Shown piece by piece: positions 12,939 to 26,354 of a stretch of 64,000 bases of DNA. Each line of letters begins with the position of its first letter. Positions within the stretch are counted from its first letter, which is position 1. Both the position numbers and the translations under genes were made by a program. Below the pieces are notes generated by a model that was not told the DNA's origin, made no database searches, and worked only from the letters and a program-made list of their open reading frames with translations. Source of the DNA: Eremomyces bilateralis CBS 781.70 (taxonomy: Eukaryota); assembly GCA_010015585.1 (NCBI GenBank), contig ML975162.1; one strand, written 5' to 3'.

Positions 12939-14408
12939 CAGTGGGTGAAAAAATTGATTGCCCATACAACCCGCCTTGGCACTCGTCACCCGTTTTCCTA
13001 CACCTATATCCAACAGACCTTAATCTTCAACCCATCTCTAAGTCCATCATTTTCTCTTCATGGAGCGTCAGATTACGCCAGATCGGCCGATTAGGCGCGA
13101 GGAATATACTACAATCCAAAAATCGAGGTTTTTCGAAGCCTATGATAGCCGTACCGCAGATCAACCATTGTCAGACATCCTCCGCAAGCTCGACCTCCCT
13201 CGGCGTACAGCAAATTACTGGCTTTCTCAACGCCGTCGTATTGGAAAAGAGGCTTACCGACGAACGCGCCCTAACAGCGACCGATTAGGGCGACGCCGCG
13301 CTATTACATCTCCTCAGTTAGATGCTATTGTATCTTCACAGAACCCTATAAGAGAGCTTCCATATGAAGCGAATATCACGCATTTCAATCTCGATATTAC
13401 AACCGGTCGCGCCCTCCATAACAATCTAAAAGATCGACGGGATGCAGGCCGTTTCGTTGAACAGCAGGGGAAACCCGTTTCTCCTCGGAATCGCAGGCTA
13501 CGGGAGGACTATGGCCGCTTCGGAAGAGAACAACCTCTTATCGGCTATTGAGACTCAATTGAATTTACAGACGAGATGCACTACGATCCTTCGGAGCAGC
13601 CGAAACAGTGAATTATACGCCAAAAAGGTACACGTTATAATTCGGAGAATCTTCAAAAGCGGCCGCAGAAAACGGGCGTTGCACTTCATATTGCTGCGTC
13701 TTGCAATTGGTACTCAAAGAGCAGTCTTATCTTCTATCACGACAAGTCTGAGGATCTTCCAAAACCACGAAGGCCTAGAAAGCCTAGGCAAAAACAGACT
13801 GAGACAGACGAACAGTTCCCTTCTAGATTGCAAGAGTGGAAGGCAAGAATACCTCACGAGATTCAGGTCAAACGGAAGGGGAATTCTATGACCCAGGAGC
13901 ATTATGCTAAGCATATTCTCCCAGCCTATATCGCGCGTATTGAGGCTGCTCGTTTATACCACCGCGGATCGTTCGGTGCTGACGTCTGTGGACCATTTAT
14001 GATGTTACAAGAGGATAACGATCCATCGCACGGTACACAGTCATTTAACGTCGCGTCGGCATTAAAACATGCCCATTGGATTACATGCATAAAGCATCCA
14101 CCACAATCCCCAGACCTAAACCCGATTGAAGCACTTTGGGGGATCCTAAAGCAGAGGGGACGCAAACGGGTATGGCGATCGATTACGGAGCTGAAGCAAG
14201 TCCTAATTGATGAATGGGACAAGATCTCAATGGAAGAGGTACGCGTTAGGATCGCAGAGATGCCGTCTAGATGTCAATTACTTGTAGATAGCAAGGGGGA
14301 CTTCGTAAAAACTGCGCTGTGGTAAGATAGCGATATTCAAATCAAGTTTGATATTGGGATTGCGTGCCAAGACCGTGCTGTATGGGCAATCAATTTTTTC
14401 ACCCACTG
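12939..14408 (+). mobile_element. Tc1/mariner-superfamily DNA transposon (about 1.47 kb) with 30-bp perfect terminal inverted repeats
   Basis: TIR CAGTGGGTGAAAAAATTGATTGCCCATACA at 12939-12968 and its exact reverse complement at 14379-14408; internal DDE transposase. Confidence 0.93.
13060..14325 (+). pseudogene. Tc1-like DDE transposase with two in-frame TGA stops
   Basis: ORFs 13060-13551 and 13828-14325 share one frame; stops at 13549-13551 and 13609-13611; motifs FTDE, QEDNDPSH, PPQSPDLNPIEALW. Confidence 0.88.
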
Positions 14409-14930
14409 AGGATATGAATTAGTGGCCTTGCTGCCTGAGGCATTACGCGACTTTCACCCACGCCACCCTCAGTTCAGCTGCAGCGCTGGGAGCGCATCGT
14501 ACAAACGGTTGGAAATCGGCAGATCATGGCTGGAGATATTCCATCGATTTCCCACATGGCACAGAAACCTCTTCATTACATACATCTCAAGCCAGACTAT
14601 CACGAGGAACCGAGAGCTATGTACTCACATTGTATGATGTTTACTTTAGATCGACCGGTCCGATGCTTCGGATTGGCTATACCCTGCCAACTGAGACAAC
14701 CCTTGATGCTCGGAAGGCGGTATCTTACCTCTCCGGTCCACATGTCCATGAAACCCGTCATGCCCCCAGATCGTTCCTCTGTGACGCCACTGTATATTCG
14801 ACATGTATCCTAGTATGGGGACCCTCGGTTATATATATGGAAGCCTGTAAATAGGTATATGGATTGGTGACCTTCGTTTGTTTTCCGTTTCCTGTTGCAG
14901 CGATACAGTCTTTTACGTTGAAGTCCCAAC

Positions 14931-16331
14931 ATGGCAACCATGAATCCCCTAGCACCCACGGTCGGAAGTGTCCAGACGTGAGTTTTGAGATGTTAGAGCG
15001 ATAAAATGGAGTTTAACGGTGTCGTTAGAGCCTGGGGCCACTCGTTCATATGGACCGAAGAACATTGGACGTCGGAGCGAATGGCTCCCCTCAAAGTCTC
15101 CTACGACGAGCTCGCCCATGATTGCTACACCATCCTGAAGGATATCAAGGACCCCAAAGCTCCCGCAGGGAAGCGCGATATGTATGCTCTTCTGCGCGAC
15201 AATGCAGACACGCACCCACGGCTAAAAGAGATGTGGGAGGAAATCAACACCGTCCCGGACTGGGTGGATTGGGACCAGATCCAGCGCGGCCAGGATGTTT
15301 TCTACCGCTACCTCGGCGCCAACCTCGTCGGACTTACCTTCCAATCCCTTCTGGGCGGCATGGGTGCTGCTCGTGTGGTAGAGACTCTGGCTCGAACGGG
15401 CGGCTTTTCCACGAAAGTCGCTAGACATCGGCTGCTGGAAACGACGCAGCATATCCTTCAAAGCACTCAGTCACTAGATGCGATCCAACCGGGAGGTGTC
15501 GGATTTGCCTCATCAGTGCGAGTGCGTCTGTTACACTCGGCGGTACGAGAACGCATCATGAAGATGGCAGCACAGCGACCGGACTATTTCGACCTGGAGA
15601 ACTGGGGCGTACCGATCAATGACATCGACCAGGCCGGCACGATTGGAACGTTTTGTTCCACTCTTGTGTTTGTCAGTTTGCCACGACAAGGCATCTATCC
15701 CAGTGACCAGGAGAGCAAGGACTACATCGCTCTTTGGCGGTATATCGGCTATATACTCGGAGCACCTACCGACTTCTTTGAGACTCCGTCGAAAGCAAGA
15801 GCCATCATGGAGAGCCTGCTGCTTTACGAGGTTCAGCCATCGGATATGTCCAAGGTCATGGCCAACAACATCATCAAGTGTCTGCAAGATCAACCACCGA
15901 CGTATTCATCTGGAGACATGTTGACCGTGAGCGCAAGATGGATGAACGGGAGGGAGTTGTCCGATCAGCTAGGGCTGGCGAATCCGAGCTACTACTACTG
16001 GGCGCTCATGGCTGGGCAATGCTTGTTCTTTATGGCGCTCGACTACTCGCATCGGATGATCCCGTGGCTGGATCGCCGGAAGATCCAGGCATCCCGCGAC
16101 TTCATGCAGCAGGCCCTCATCGAAGGCAAAGACGGGCTCAAGGGAGAAAAGAGCCTGTTCCAGTTCAGATACATCCCGGAGTACTCCACCGTCACGGAGT
16201 TAGGGAAGGAGGAAAGTACGAAACGTCATGGGTCCGCGGAATGGAGAAACCTGCAGACACTGTTGGCTGCTGGTGCCTTCATGTTCTTTACGGCTTATTC
16301 GGTTCATCGCGTAGCCAAGCTAGTTTTTTAG
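14931..16331 (+). CDS. ER-bound oxygenase MpaB / rubber-oxygenase-like (DUF2236) protein
   Basis: VPDWVDWDQIQRGQDVF, RLLETTQH, VRVRLLHSAVR, WGVPIN, ALWRYIGYILG; C-terminal TM. Probable short first exon from ATG 14931 with an intron at about 14978-15027. Confidence 0.8.
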
Positions 16332-17143
16332 GCGAGTCACGACAATACCTCGTTCATATTCATGTACCTTATGTCCTTATCATACAACTTCATATCGCTT
16401 CTGCATTTGCCGTCTGTTGCCGTGAGTTGTGCCCGACACAGGACTAGCAAACTCTGCCCGACACTATTTCTGCACTGTCGTTCCATCGGCCGAGGACTGG
16501 TGCCGGTTGACTGGAAGCGAGGTAAGTTGAGACACGTAGATCCTTAGCGGTGACGGAAATACTGGCCACTGTGCGCTTAGAACGCATCCGTCGGATTTGC
16601 TCCGTCGGATGAATTTACCAACTCTTAACTATACGGAGATGTTCAAGAATCGTCATGTCATTTCAGTCCAGGGTATCAGATGTTGACCGCATACATCGTA
16701 TGGGATTTGTAGTGGCTAATAAACAATTCATGTCTTACTGCAGGCTGTTGGACCGACAGCGAAATGCTTCCACCGCACACCCTACTATTCCTCCTCACCA
16801 CCAATTGCACCGCCTGATGCTTGGGGAATAATCGAATCTCCCCCGTTTTCAATTAAGGAATGACCGGTTGTCAGGATACAATCTTCCATCTAGCCACCAT
16901 AGGGAAATCCTACTAACAACCCGTCATCGACCAACCCAGGTCCCGCGGTTTCTCCGTTGTAAAGTTGAGTAAAGATTGCGCAACATCGTCGCTGGGATTA
17001 ATGACCGGCCGAAGAGCCCAAAGAGACCTTCCACTTCCCAATAAAGATACGTCTCAGACTGGAGAATCGCCCACTCTCGATCACAATTACAGGAGGTGAT
17101 ACGCTCAATGCTGATGCCATGTCTGCATCTGTCCAAGCATCCA

Positions 17144-18249
17144 CTACGCAGGCTCGGATTTCGACTCGGGTTTCCGGCCGTAGACGTAGTAAAACGGCAC
17201 ATACAGATGGAGCCTGCGATCTTTCAGTTCGTTGAGGACGTTCGCGATCATTATCTGTGCCTCTTCTTGGCTCCAGCCGAGGATCTTGACAATGAACCCC
17301 AGCGTATACGGCTCGATGCCGGCCACGGCATGTTCTCGTTGATAGCGACCGATCAACTTGTATTTCGGATCCTTGGCCCAGGGCCCGACGGGAACCTTTT
17401 AAGGAAATCAGCCACGGCCAATTGATGAGAAAGGGGGGATAATACCTTAAAGATCTCCTCATGCACGTCAATAAATCCCGCGTCGATCAAGCGCTGTTTA
17501 TGCAACGGGGCACGATCGAGTTCCTTCCCGAATTTGCGTGCCGCCTGATTAATCAGGCCCTGCCACTGTTGAACGGACTCGGCGGCCTTTTCGGTCCCAT
17601 CGTCCCCTCGGAACATAGCCTCCGGCTCATGCAGTTCGAGCCAGCCGCCCGGTTTTAGATTCTTGAAGCTCTGCTGGTACAGCTTGTTCCAGTCCAGGAT
17701 ACTCCCTCCCATCCCTCGGACATGGATGTAATCGAATGCTTCGGAGGGGCTGTACGTCCACTCGGCCTCGATGTCGTCGATGTAGAATTTCAAGTTCGGA
17801 GGTACCCAGCTCGGCTGGGTGGGGCTGAGGTCGTTCCCGATGACTTCGGCGGATGTATACTCGTCGGCGAAGTCGATGGCCCAAATGCCAGTTCCCGTGC
17901 CGATATCCAGGACGCGTTGTACGTCCGGTTTCAGCGGGGCCAGGTGCAACTTGCCGTCGAGGCACAGCCGATAGATGTGATGCATGAGGTCGAGCCGGTC
18001 CTGCTCTTCTTCGTCGTTCGGTAACAAATACGCCCCCTTGCGGTAGGCATGGTATCGACGGCCGTTCTCGTACGTATAGTTGAGGACGGACGAAGCGATC
18101 GAGGCACTCCTAGTCGAGCCTTCCTCGGAAAAGAGAGAGTCGTTGTCCTCGCCGGTGTCGATTTCTAACTGCATCGTGTGCGTCGTCGCCAGGGGGTATT
18201 CTGTGGTCGGCGAAGGGTTTTTGCCTAGGGCGTTCGTGGTGGAAGCCAT
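17144..18249 (-). CDS. SAM-dependent methyltransferase, LaeA-like family, 2 exons
   Basis: YENGRRYHAY...LPNDEEEQDRLDLMH, VLDIGTGTGIWA, DLSPTQP, LKPGGWLE, terminal YYVYGRKP. Confidence 0.9.
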
Positions 18250-19964
18250 TGGATTTAATACCTCGTGGGATACCAGTGCTCCCCTCGTTCTCGCCGTTTA
18301 GAAGGGTTACCGCGTGATCTGCCGCACAAACCGAATACCGAAGTCCTGGAACCACCGATAGGCAAGAGGAAGCACACGTTCACATAAGAAGCAGGAGGGA
18401 ATTCTCAAGCGAAGTGTATGTGGGTGGAGATATGCGGTGTATCCAAGAGATTGGCGACTGGTGCAGAGGATTCAGGGCCCTGAAGTCTGATCATGGAGAT
18501 TTCAATGTGAAGTTGACACGGGCTCCAGGCCCACGACTCTGGGATTGCCGGTCTCTACATAGTAGGCCGTGCATTAATGTCATGAAGGATGCGCTGCCAA
18601 TTTGATCCCCAGCATGCGACGGTTGCTGTTCACATGGGCGCCGAGTAAGGGCCAACTGCATGAGAGATCGAAATGGTGAACGCGGGCTTAATTGACAATA
18701 ACGGACGCCAACAGGGGCGATTTCGGGCACCAGTCTCCCTTTCGTCTTTGTTGGCGGTGTCGCTTGATGTCTACTATTTAGTCCTATCACTGCCCAATCA
18801 TCGACCTATCAGAACATGATCAGGCAACGATCAGCTGGGGTACTGCGGCGAAGACGTATCGGCCCGCCTCCCCGAGTCGCTAGTCGAGTAAGTCAACTAA
18901 GCTGTCTAGTAGGCGAGGGTCCAGCGTGTGGGATACATATTGGGGTGTTCCGATGTTGTTTTCGCTGCAACTCATGCTGGTTATGCAAAGCCATGCAAGC
19001 CTGCAAAGTGCAAGCCCGTCCCATTTCGGCTTTCAGGCGAAGTCCTGCGGCCAAAGACCCAAATGGCAAATAAATGCTATTATCTTCATTGATTTTGTAC
19101 GAGCTGTTCGCGATAACAGGTGATATGATGATGGGGTCTCACCGGTTCGCGTTAATACTGGTCGTTAGGATTAGAGACGTATCCCTAATGTACCTACATG
19201 CTAGTACGGAGTGTGGTTGGTACATCCCCTGTTGGACTGATGATGATTACCCTCCCTTAAGAGTTATGGCGCTCTCGGATCACGTATCATTCAGTTCCAT
19301 TTTTCAAGAGAGCCTGTGGGCTGTGAAAGCCTCAAAAGCGCCCGATTGTTTCGTGCTTAACGAGCATTCTTAGCCCCTGCTCAACATTTTGTGCACTGTC
19401 AACTGTGGGGGTCCGGCCTCCGGGGATGGTGGATGGATGCAAGTCATGCAGCTACGAGCACTAGAGCAGCCGAGCAGGGAGCACCCGCGGTCTAATCGCT
19501 TCCTTTGCTGAATTGAAGTTTGAATATGCGGACCTTCCAAGTCGTCTCTTTCGTCAGTTCGAGTTTCGTGGTTGTCCAGCATCAGGGCCAGTTCTCGGCT
19601 CTCCACAGTGTCACAGCTGCCTTGTCAATGTCGCTTAGAAAGTATCCGTCCATGGCAGGCGATTCCGTCCAGATTGGAAATGCAGATTGCAGATCTATGG
19701 TTCACTCATACTGTATGACTGGCGCCCGTAGCGGGAAGGCCGGGAGACTAAGTGCCTGACTCGCTGGCCCCCGCCAGTGAAAGGATCCCAATTTCCACTG
19801 TCTTAGATGGTGAAGGTGGACTGTGGAGGCCTGGAGGGTGGAATAAGTTGGGGTTACAGTTTACACCACCCCCAGAAATGATCTCTTTCTTTCTATGAGA
19901 GTTGTGTACCCTACCCATTTCCATCGTGATAGCCGTCACGACTTCAGTCTTCTGCTGTGTCACC

Positions 19965-21682
19965 ATGGCCGGTTTGGCTGCCGTCCTGAAGGGCGAACTC
20001 AACGGCTCATGGACTCCCATCATCGGTGGAATTGTTACCTTCCTCGTCGTTTATTATGTCGGTGTCGCCATCTATCGGCTTTTTCTGAGCCCTCTCGCGA
20101 AATTCCCGGGTCCAAAGTTCGCGGGGCTCACGAGGTGGTACGAAGGTTACTATGAGATTATCAAAAGCGGCTCGTACTCGAGGCGGATTGATCGAATGCA
20201 CGATGAATATGGCCCCATCGTCCGCGTTGCGCCCGATGAGATCCACATCCGAGATCCTGACTTCTGGGATGATGTGTACTCGAAGAACCCCAAAATCCAG
20301 GTCGCGAAGATTGGATGGGATACCAGATTTGGCAGCAAGGCTTCGACGTTCACCACGCCAGATGCGACGAAGCATCGTCAACGTCGTGCCGCATTCAGCA
20401 ATATGTTCGACTCCCTATTCTTCCTCCCGAGATTTCTTGTCCTAATCTGAGAATCAGGTTCTCGAAAAGGGCCATTCTGCAGCTCGAACCCGTGATTCGC
20501 GATACAGCCAGCACTCTGATTCGACGAATGGTAGAATTCGCCGAGTCCAAGAAAGTGTTGAATGTGAGAGAAGCGTATTCTGCATATACTGGTGATATTA
20601 TCATGCAGTATTCGTTTGGATTCTGTTACAATCAGCTGGAGACTCCGAATTTCGATTCGTTCCACTATGCCTTTAAAGCTATAGGAGGAATGGGTCATAT
20701 CGCAGCCCAGTGGCCCTGGGTTCTCCCGGTAGGCGGTTATTACTCAACTTTACTCAGACCGAATGCTGACACCATCTAAGTTAATGAATAGTCTACCGGA
20801 CTGGCTTGTCCAGATCCTGGAGCCAGCTTCTGCAGAGCTTCTCCGACTGAAACGGGATCAATGGGATCTTGTCGGTCGTACCATCCGGGGTGAAGAACTC
20901 AAGGTGTCGCACCGCACCATCTTCAATGAAATCGTCGAGAGCCAATTACCTCCGGAAGATAAATCTCAGCAACGCCTTGCAGACGAAGCCCAGACGACAG
21001 TCGGAGCCGGTGTTGAGACCACGGCGAACACGCTGTCTATCGCGACCTTCCACATCTCCAACACGCCCAGCATCTACGAGAAGCTCCACAAGGAGCTTGT
21101 CGAAGCCTTTCCCGACCGGACCGTTGTCCCCAGCTTGTACGACTTTGAAAAGCTGCCGTATCTTCGCGCTTGCATCCAAGAAGGGCTACGCTTGGGTTAC
21201 GGACTGTCTGCACGGAATCCACGTGCTCATGACCGTCCGCTGCGGTACAACGATTGGGTCATCCCTGCACATACCACCGTGGCCATGACCATCGTAGACT
21301 TGCATCATGACGAAAAGATCTTCCCGCAGTCGCACTCGTATATCCCAGAACGGTGGCTGAATAACCCAGTGGCGAGCACTGGCAAAGCGCTCGATCACTA
21401 TTTGGTTCCGTTCGGAAGAGGACCGCGGATGTGTATGGGAATCAAGTACGTCGACAATCATTCTTTTGTCTATCGCCACGATGGAATCGTAATACTGACA
21501 ACGTCATTAGTCTCGCATGGGCGGAGCTGCACTACTGCCTTGGAACGGTCTTCCGCCAGTTCAAATTCGATCTGTTCGAAACAGATGTCACCGATGTGAA
21601 AATGGCCCACGATTTCTTCATCCCGTTTGTCAAATTTGATAGCAAAGGCGTACGAGTGACAGTGTCTGAGACGAAGGACTGA
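19965..21682 (+). CDS. Cytochrome P450 monooxygenase, 4 exons
   Basis: N-terminal TM then PLAKFPGP; AGVETT I-helix; EGLR (ExxR); PERW; FGRGPRMCMG heme motif. Confidence 0.93.
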
Positions 21683-22121
21683 AGAACTGATTTTGACGAC
21701 ATACACCTAGCAAGTGGATACCCCCTATTTTTGACTTCTTCATGTTTGTATTTGCGGATGGCACCATCGGCCCACGAGAAACGGATTCTGTCCCCTTTTT
21801 GCTTTACCCCTATTTCACACCATTCGAATCTGTTCAAACAATTCATTGCCATCAAATGGCTGATTCCTCGCCTTCTATGCCTGAGAAAGTGCTCCTCGTG
21901 GCTCGGACCGCTCGAGGAGAAGTTTGCAAACTGAAAAGAGGTGCTCTAAGTACATAAATTTTAGTTCAGCAGTTCACATCAGCAAGGGATATGAATAATT
22001 GCATGGTTCACCGATCCCGTCCAACCAAAGACGTTCAGGCTATGGAATATGAGGAGCGAGGCTCTTTAGTTGTCGAAGCGGGTTTAATGCACGTCTGTTT
22101 CGCAAGCTCCGCCCGTTCCAA

Positions 22122-23888
22122 CTATGTCGCCACCTCCGAGCTCCTCCCATGATTCTCTTCACCGTCTTCAGACTCACGGGCGTGGACATTGGCCGTATTA
22201 AGTCTGATGAGCTCTTGCTCAGTCATCGACACATCACCTTTGCCTACCATCCTATTGACTACTCCCTCTATGTCTCTATCAGTACACGGACTTGCTGACT
22301 TGGGCTTTATGCTGGCGATCACTCACTCAATTCACCATAGAAGTAATCAAGCAACGGTGGGACCCAGATGGTCACCGCCACAATCTGTCCAAAACTCCAG
22401 TCGGAGAGATTCATCATGTTGAGGGATGTCCCAATCCCAAGGAGCGAGAGCTGCGCTGCCATTCCCACAATCATTCCTAGCGTTGTAGCCCAGAAGGCCA
22501 TGCGGATGACTCGTGGTCTTTCGAACCCTCGAGCATCAACCATTGGCTCCGCATCATCGACTTGCTTTGAAGTAGCCTCTGTGCTCTTCCTCTCCGCATT
22601 CCATTGGTAGAGTTGGAAGCCAAGGAGAGTAACGAGCACTGCGGTGGAGAAAGTCCAAATGAACGGTGTCAGTACAATCAATTTATCCGAAGCAAGCTTG
22701 ACTTCCTTGAAGCCGAGCAAGGAGATATGTGGGCAAACGGCGAGCGCCGAATACCCACCGCATGCTGGGATCGCCGAAAGCTTGAACATGAACTGCTGAT
22801 AGATATCCTGGCGTGAGATGTCCGCTAGGCTGATGATTTGCGCATAAAGGCTCCAATAGACAGCGGAGGACAGTATATAAACGGCGATGGTAAGAAGAGT
22901 GATGCCTGTGGATGACTTCCAGTAGTAGACAAGCAACAAGTAAGCGAATACTACCGGCAGTATCCCGTTCGTTGCCACTGGAATGAACATGAAGACAACA
23001 AGCATGCTGGTTTCGTAGATGCCGTACGACAGCGATGCAATCATCAGCGTTCCGCTAAAATAGCATTGGGTTATGTGGAATTGGAGCAGCAGGTCCATCC
23101 AAGACCGATGGTGCCTCCTGGACGGCAACTTGACGGATGCATTTGCTGCATGTCTCCGACGCTTGCTATTCTTGTATATGCCTGAGACGACCAAACCGGC
23201 CCAGAGCATAAGGATCAACAGGCATTGAAGAATATAAGAGGAGAAAACCTGCAAGGTTTGAGCGCAGTGGTCTCTGAAATGACTGATCTGCAATGGAAGA
23301 ACATACCCCAATACCTATAACATCGACATCGGCGTAAGGGAGCGCGGCATAGTTGCTGTAACAGAGTCTATTCAAACATCGATGGATAGCAGTGAGGTTG
23401 GGCGAAGAATTCTTCGCAAGGAGTTGCATTGGTGAACAGTAGTCGTCATAGCACAGCCTACGTCTCCTTGACGCCCTGCAGGTCGACGAAAGACAGTCTG
23501 TAACCGTGCTCGTGATGTTCCGCAGACTCTCATCACTTGCGTTCTGCGCAATGAACTGCCTGGATGCGGCAGCATTTGCTGGAGTCAGTAGCCCCATCCT
23601 CTGATATGTGGCGATCGAGGGCACGTTTGCACATGCCATGTATCTTCGGATAGGACCCTTGCCATTGCCAGTTAGGTTATCTTGGAGGAACGATGTATAC
23701 ACAAGCTCTTTGCTTTGGCAATCCGCAATGCAGTCCCCACTTTGACAGCCAGCCTGAAGAATCGACTCTTGTCCGAAGAAGCGGTTGCAGACGTCGGTGG
23801 TCTGGTTGCTAGCGTAGCAACAGGAGATCTCATCCGTTTTGTACCCGAGACGAATGCAGGCAATGGGGTCGATCGTTTCGTTCGCCAT
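22122..23888 (-). CDS. Uncharacterised multi-pass (about 7 TM) membrane protein with a Cys-rich N-terminal domain, about 3 exons
   Basis: ORF 23166-23888 (Cys-rich) splices after DVIGIG into ORF 22319-23311 with hydrophobic segments ending WSFGQIVAVTIWVP; last exon junction uncertain. Confidence 0.7.
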
Positions 23889-24607
23889 GTTATATCATGC
23901 CTCGTCAAATTCTGCTTGTTCAAAAGCTGACTGGGTTTGATACCGGTGAGCTGCGAATGAATGAATCAACTGAAACTGTACGCTTAACAAAACATGCTCA
24001 AAAATAGACTGCGCATGAATTGATGAGCTAGGAAGCGCAGGCGATATTCTTCAAACAACCCAATATTAGAAATGGCTCTTTACTTTATAGAGAACATGCA
24101 GTCTGTTATATGCTTCAAGTATTAACATAGTCGGGAGGGGATCGACGATTTGTTGGGGCGAAATGACGTAATAAGGTCGTGCAGCAGATGGCAGCAGTCT
24201 CCTATATGCCGTGACGGGAGTTAGTGACGCAGTTGTGTTCCTTTGGGTGGCATTTCCACTGGGGTCGTCAGAATGAGAGCAATTCCTACCATGGAGGCAC
24301 ATACAATTAATGGAGGTCCTAAGAGAAATACCGTATCTTTCTCAAAGTTGAACCCAATGGACGTTCTCGCATCTTGAGGGCAGGGAGACTGGATGGAGCA
24401 GCTAAGAATATTCTGTCGCACATGGACTTCATGGGTTTGAAAACGTACTATTGGTACAAGCTTGCAATATGCTGTACATGACATTCGCTAAACCTACCCT
24501 TCGCATTATTAGACAGAACCAATTCAAGACCCGCGCCTTGCTTTGTTCGAAAATGCCACGTCGCTATTGAGAAACACCGCACACCAAAGTATAGCCGTCT
24601 GAGCTAT

Positions 24608-25196
24608 TTACAGCGCGAACACGGCCAAGGCACCACCAAGAGCCAAAACACCCGCGCCAATCTTGCTCGCAGCGCCGGAGGGAGCAGGGCCAGCCTCACT
24701 CAAGGTAGCGGCCGGGGGGTTAGCGGATGGGGTGGAGGTTCCATTGCGCGCAGCTGAGCCCGCTTGGGTGGTGGTGGCTGGAGCAGGGGTCGCGGCAGAG
24801 CTTTCTGAGCTAGGAGCGGCCGAACTGGACTCGCCGGGGTTCGGGACTTGAGTGGCGACAGGACCGATAACTTCTTCGCAGAAAGCAGCGGCTCCGGGAA
24901 GCACCTCGTCTAGGGGCAAGTCAGAGGACGTGATACAGGGAGATGGTGGAGGCGGAGAAGCACTTACTGATGGCGACGTCACCACCGCAGGCAGTGAGCA
25001 CGCAGGTTACGCCGGCATCGTAGATGGCACGGTAGTTATCCACCTCACATTGGCACTCAGCTTCGTCGACTGTGCAAGGAGAGCCGGCAGCAACAGCCTC
25101 CTCGAGACATTTGTCCGCACATTCTGGAGTGAAGTCGGTGATGCGCACGGCAGCGGCGATGCCGGCGGCGAACAGAAGAGCAACCTGGTACTTCAT
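24608..25196 (-). CDS. CFEM-domain, probably GPI-anchored cell-surface protein, 2 exons
   Basis: Signal peptide MKYQVALLFAAGIAAA; PECADKC...CTVDEAECQC...CVLTAC...FC; S/T/P/A-rich stalk; hydrophobic C-terminus; intron 24910-24967. Confidence 0.9.
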
Positions 25197-25740
25197 CTTG
25201 ATGCTTTTGTGTCGAATGGCGAGGGTATTAGGAGTTTGGGATAGACTTGGATTGATTTAATGGACTGAGATGGGGAAGAACAGACAGGCTGAGATTTGAG
25301 AGGAATAACGGAGAAAGCTTTACGAGACTGGCTGAAAGCGGCAAACAGCTCGGACAAGGGGATATATGTGTCACCGGGTAGCGGAAGACCTCGAGGGGTC
25401 TAGGTCTCAAAGTATGTTTTTCCTCATTTTTACATCTGCAATAGCGCCGCTGTGGTAGCCGGTAGAGCTATCCTGATTCCTGAACAGGAGCTGGCTCCTT
25501 CATGGTGAGTTCGTACCGACCAGTGTATTGGTCAGGACTCAGTAGCCCGCAGGCCGAAGCCCACGCCTCACGAAATGCCTATGCCGAATATCGGCGCGGA
25601 AAAGCCCAATCACCACGACTCGACGAGGCACCACGAAACAATTCACGGCAAAATCCTTGCTAGGTGAAGAAATTGCGTGAGGAATTCAAAGGAATCCCAG
25701 GGGAAGAGGTGATGGTGTTGAACGCACGGATCAGCTGATG

Positions 25741-25791
25741 ATCAGATAAGCCATCACATGCAGAGATAAGATGATCAGATTAGCAGATAAG
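25741..25791 (+). promoter_or_regulatory. Cluster of GATA motifs matching the iron-repressor (SreA/Fep1-type) site ATCWGATAA
   Basis: ATCAGATAAG 25741, AGAGATAAG 25762, ATCAGATTA 25774, GCAGATAAG 25783; upstream of a siderophore transporter. Confidence 0.75.
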
Positions 25792-26354
25792 ATCAAATTT
25801 TCCAGCGCCAAGGGAAGCGCCGTCAGGGGTTGGCGCTCAGAAAGACGCAGCTGGGCTTGGGAGACTGGACTTGGAACCTGGACTTGTCGTCTAACATCCC
25901 AGATTCCTAATATTCCCAAAGCAAGATGCCCCGCTTCCGGTGGGTTCGTGGCCTGTTTGTCAGGGAAGTCGAATTGAAATCGCTTGGATGCCGCGTGGGA
26001 CGGAAAGCTCACTGGTTCATGCGCCGAATCCCGGATAGTTTGACTGGAGTAGTGTGTCCAGCACCGCGTCCATAGCTGACGAAGAGAAGCTCTATGGCTG
26101 TGACGGCAGCAGGTAGGTTAAAGCTTTTAGGGTCGAGGCCTCGAGGGCCATGTTGCGGGTTCGGTCAATGTTCGACAATAATATACCCCCTGCTGGTCGC
26201 CTGCCGTAGTCGCACATCATCGATCCATGGACAGTTGGTTTGACTGTGTCAGGCATTAGTTTTGCTTTCACTTTTCCACTTCAGTCACAGTCTTTGCCTT
26301 TTGTTTCTTCTTGCCGTCGGATCATCTCCATCGTTTTATACCTTTTAAAGGACA

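Noticed and set aside
12917..12940. AACCCT units as a telomeric repeat
   Set aside because: Unit is 8 bp (AACCCTCC), not CCCTAA, and there are only about 3 copies
16586..16610. TCCGTCGGAT twice (CCG/CGG palindrome, Zn2Cys6-like site)
   Set aside because: Lies between convergent 3' ends; too short to support a function
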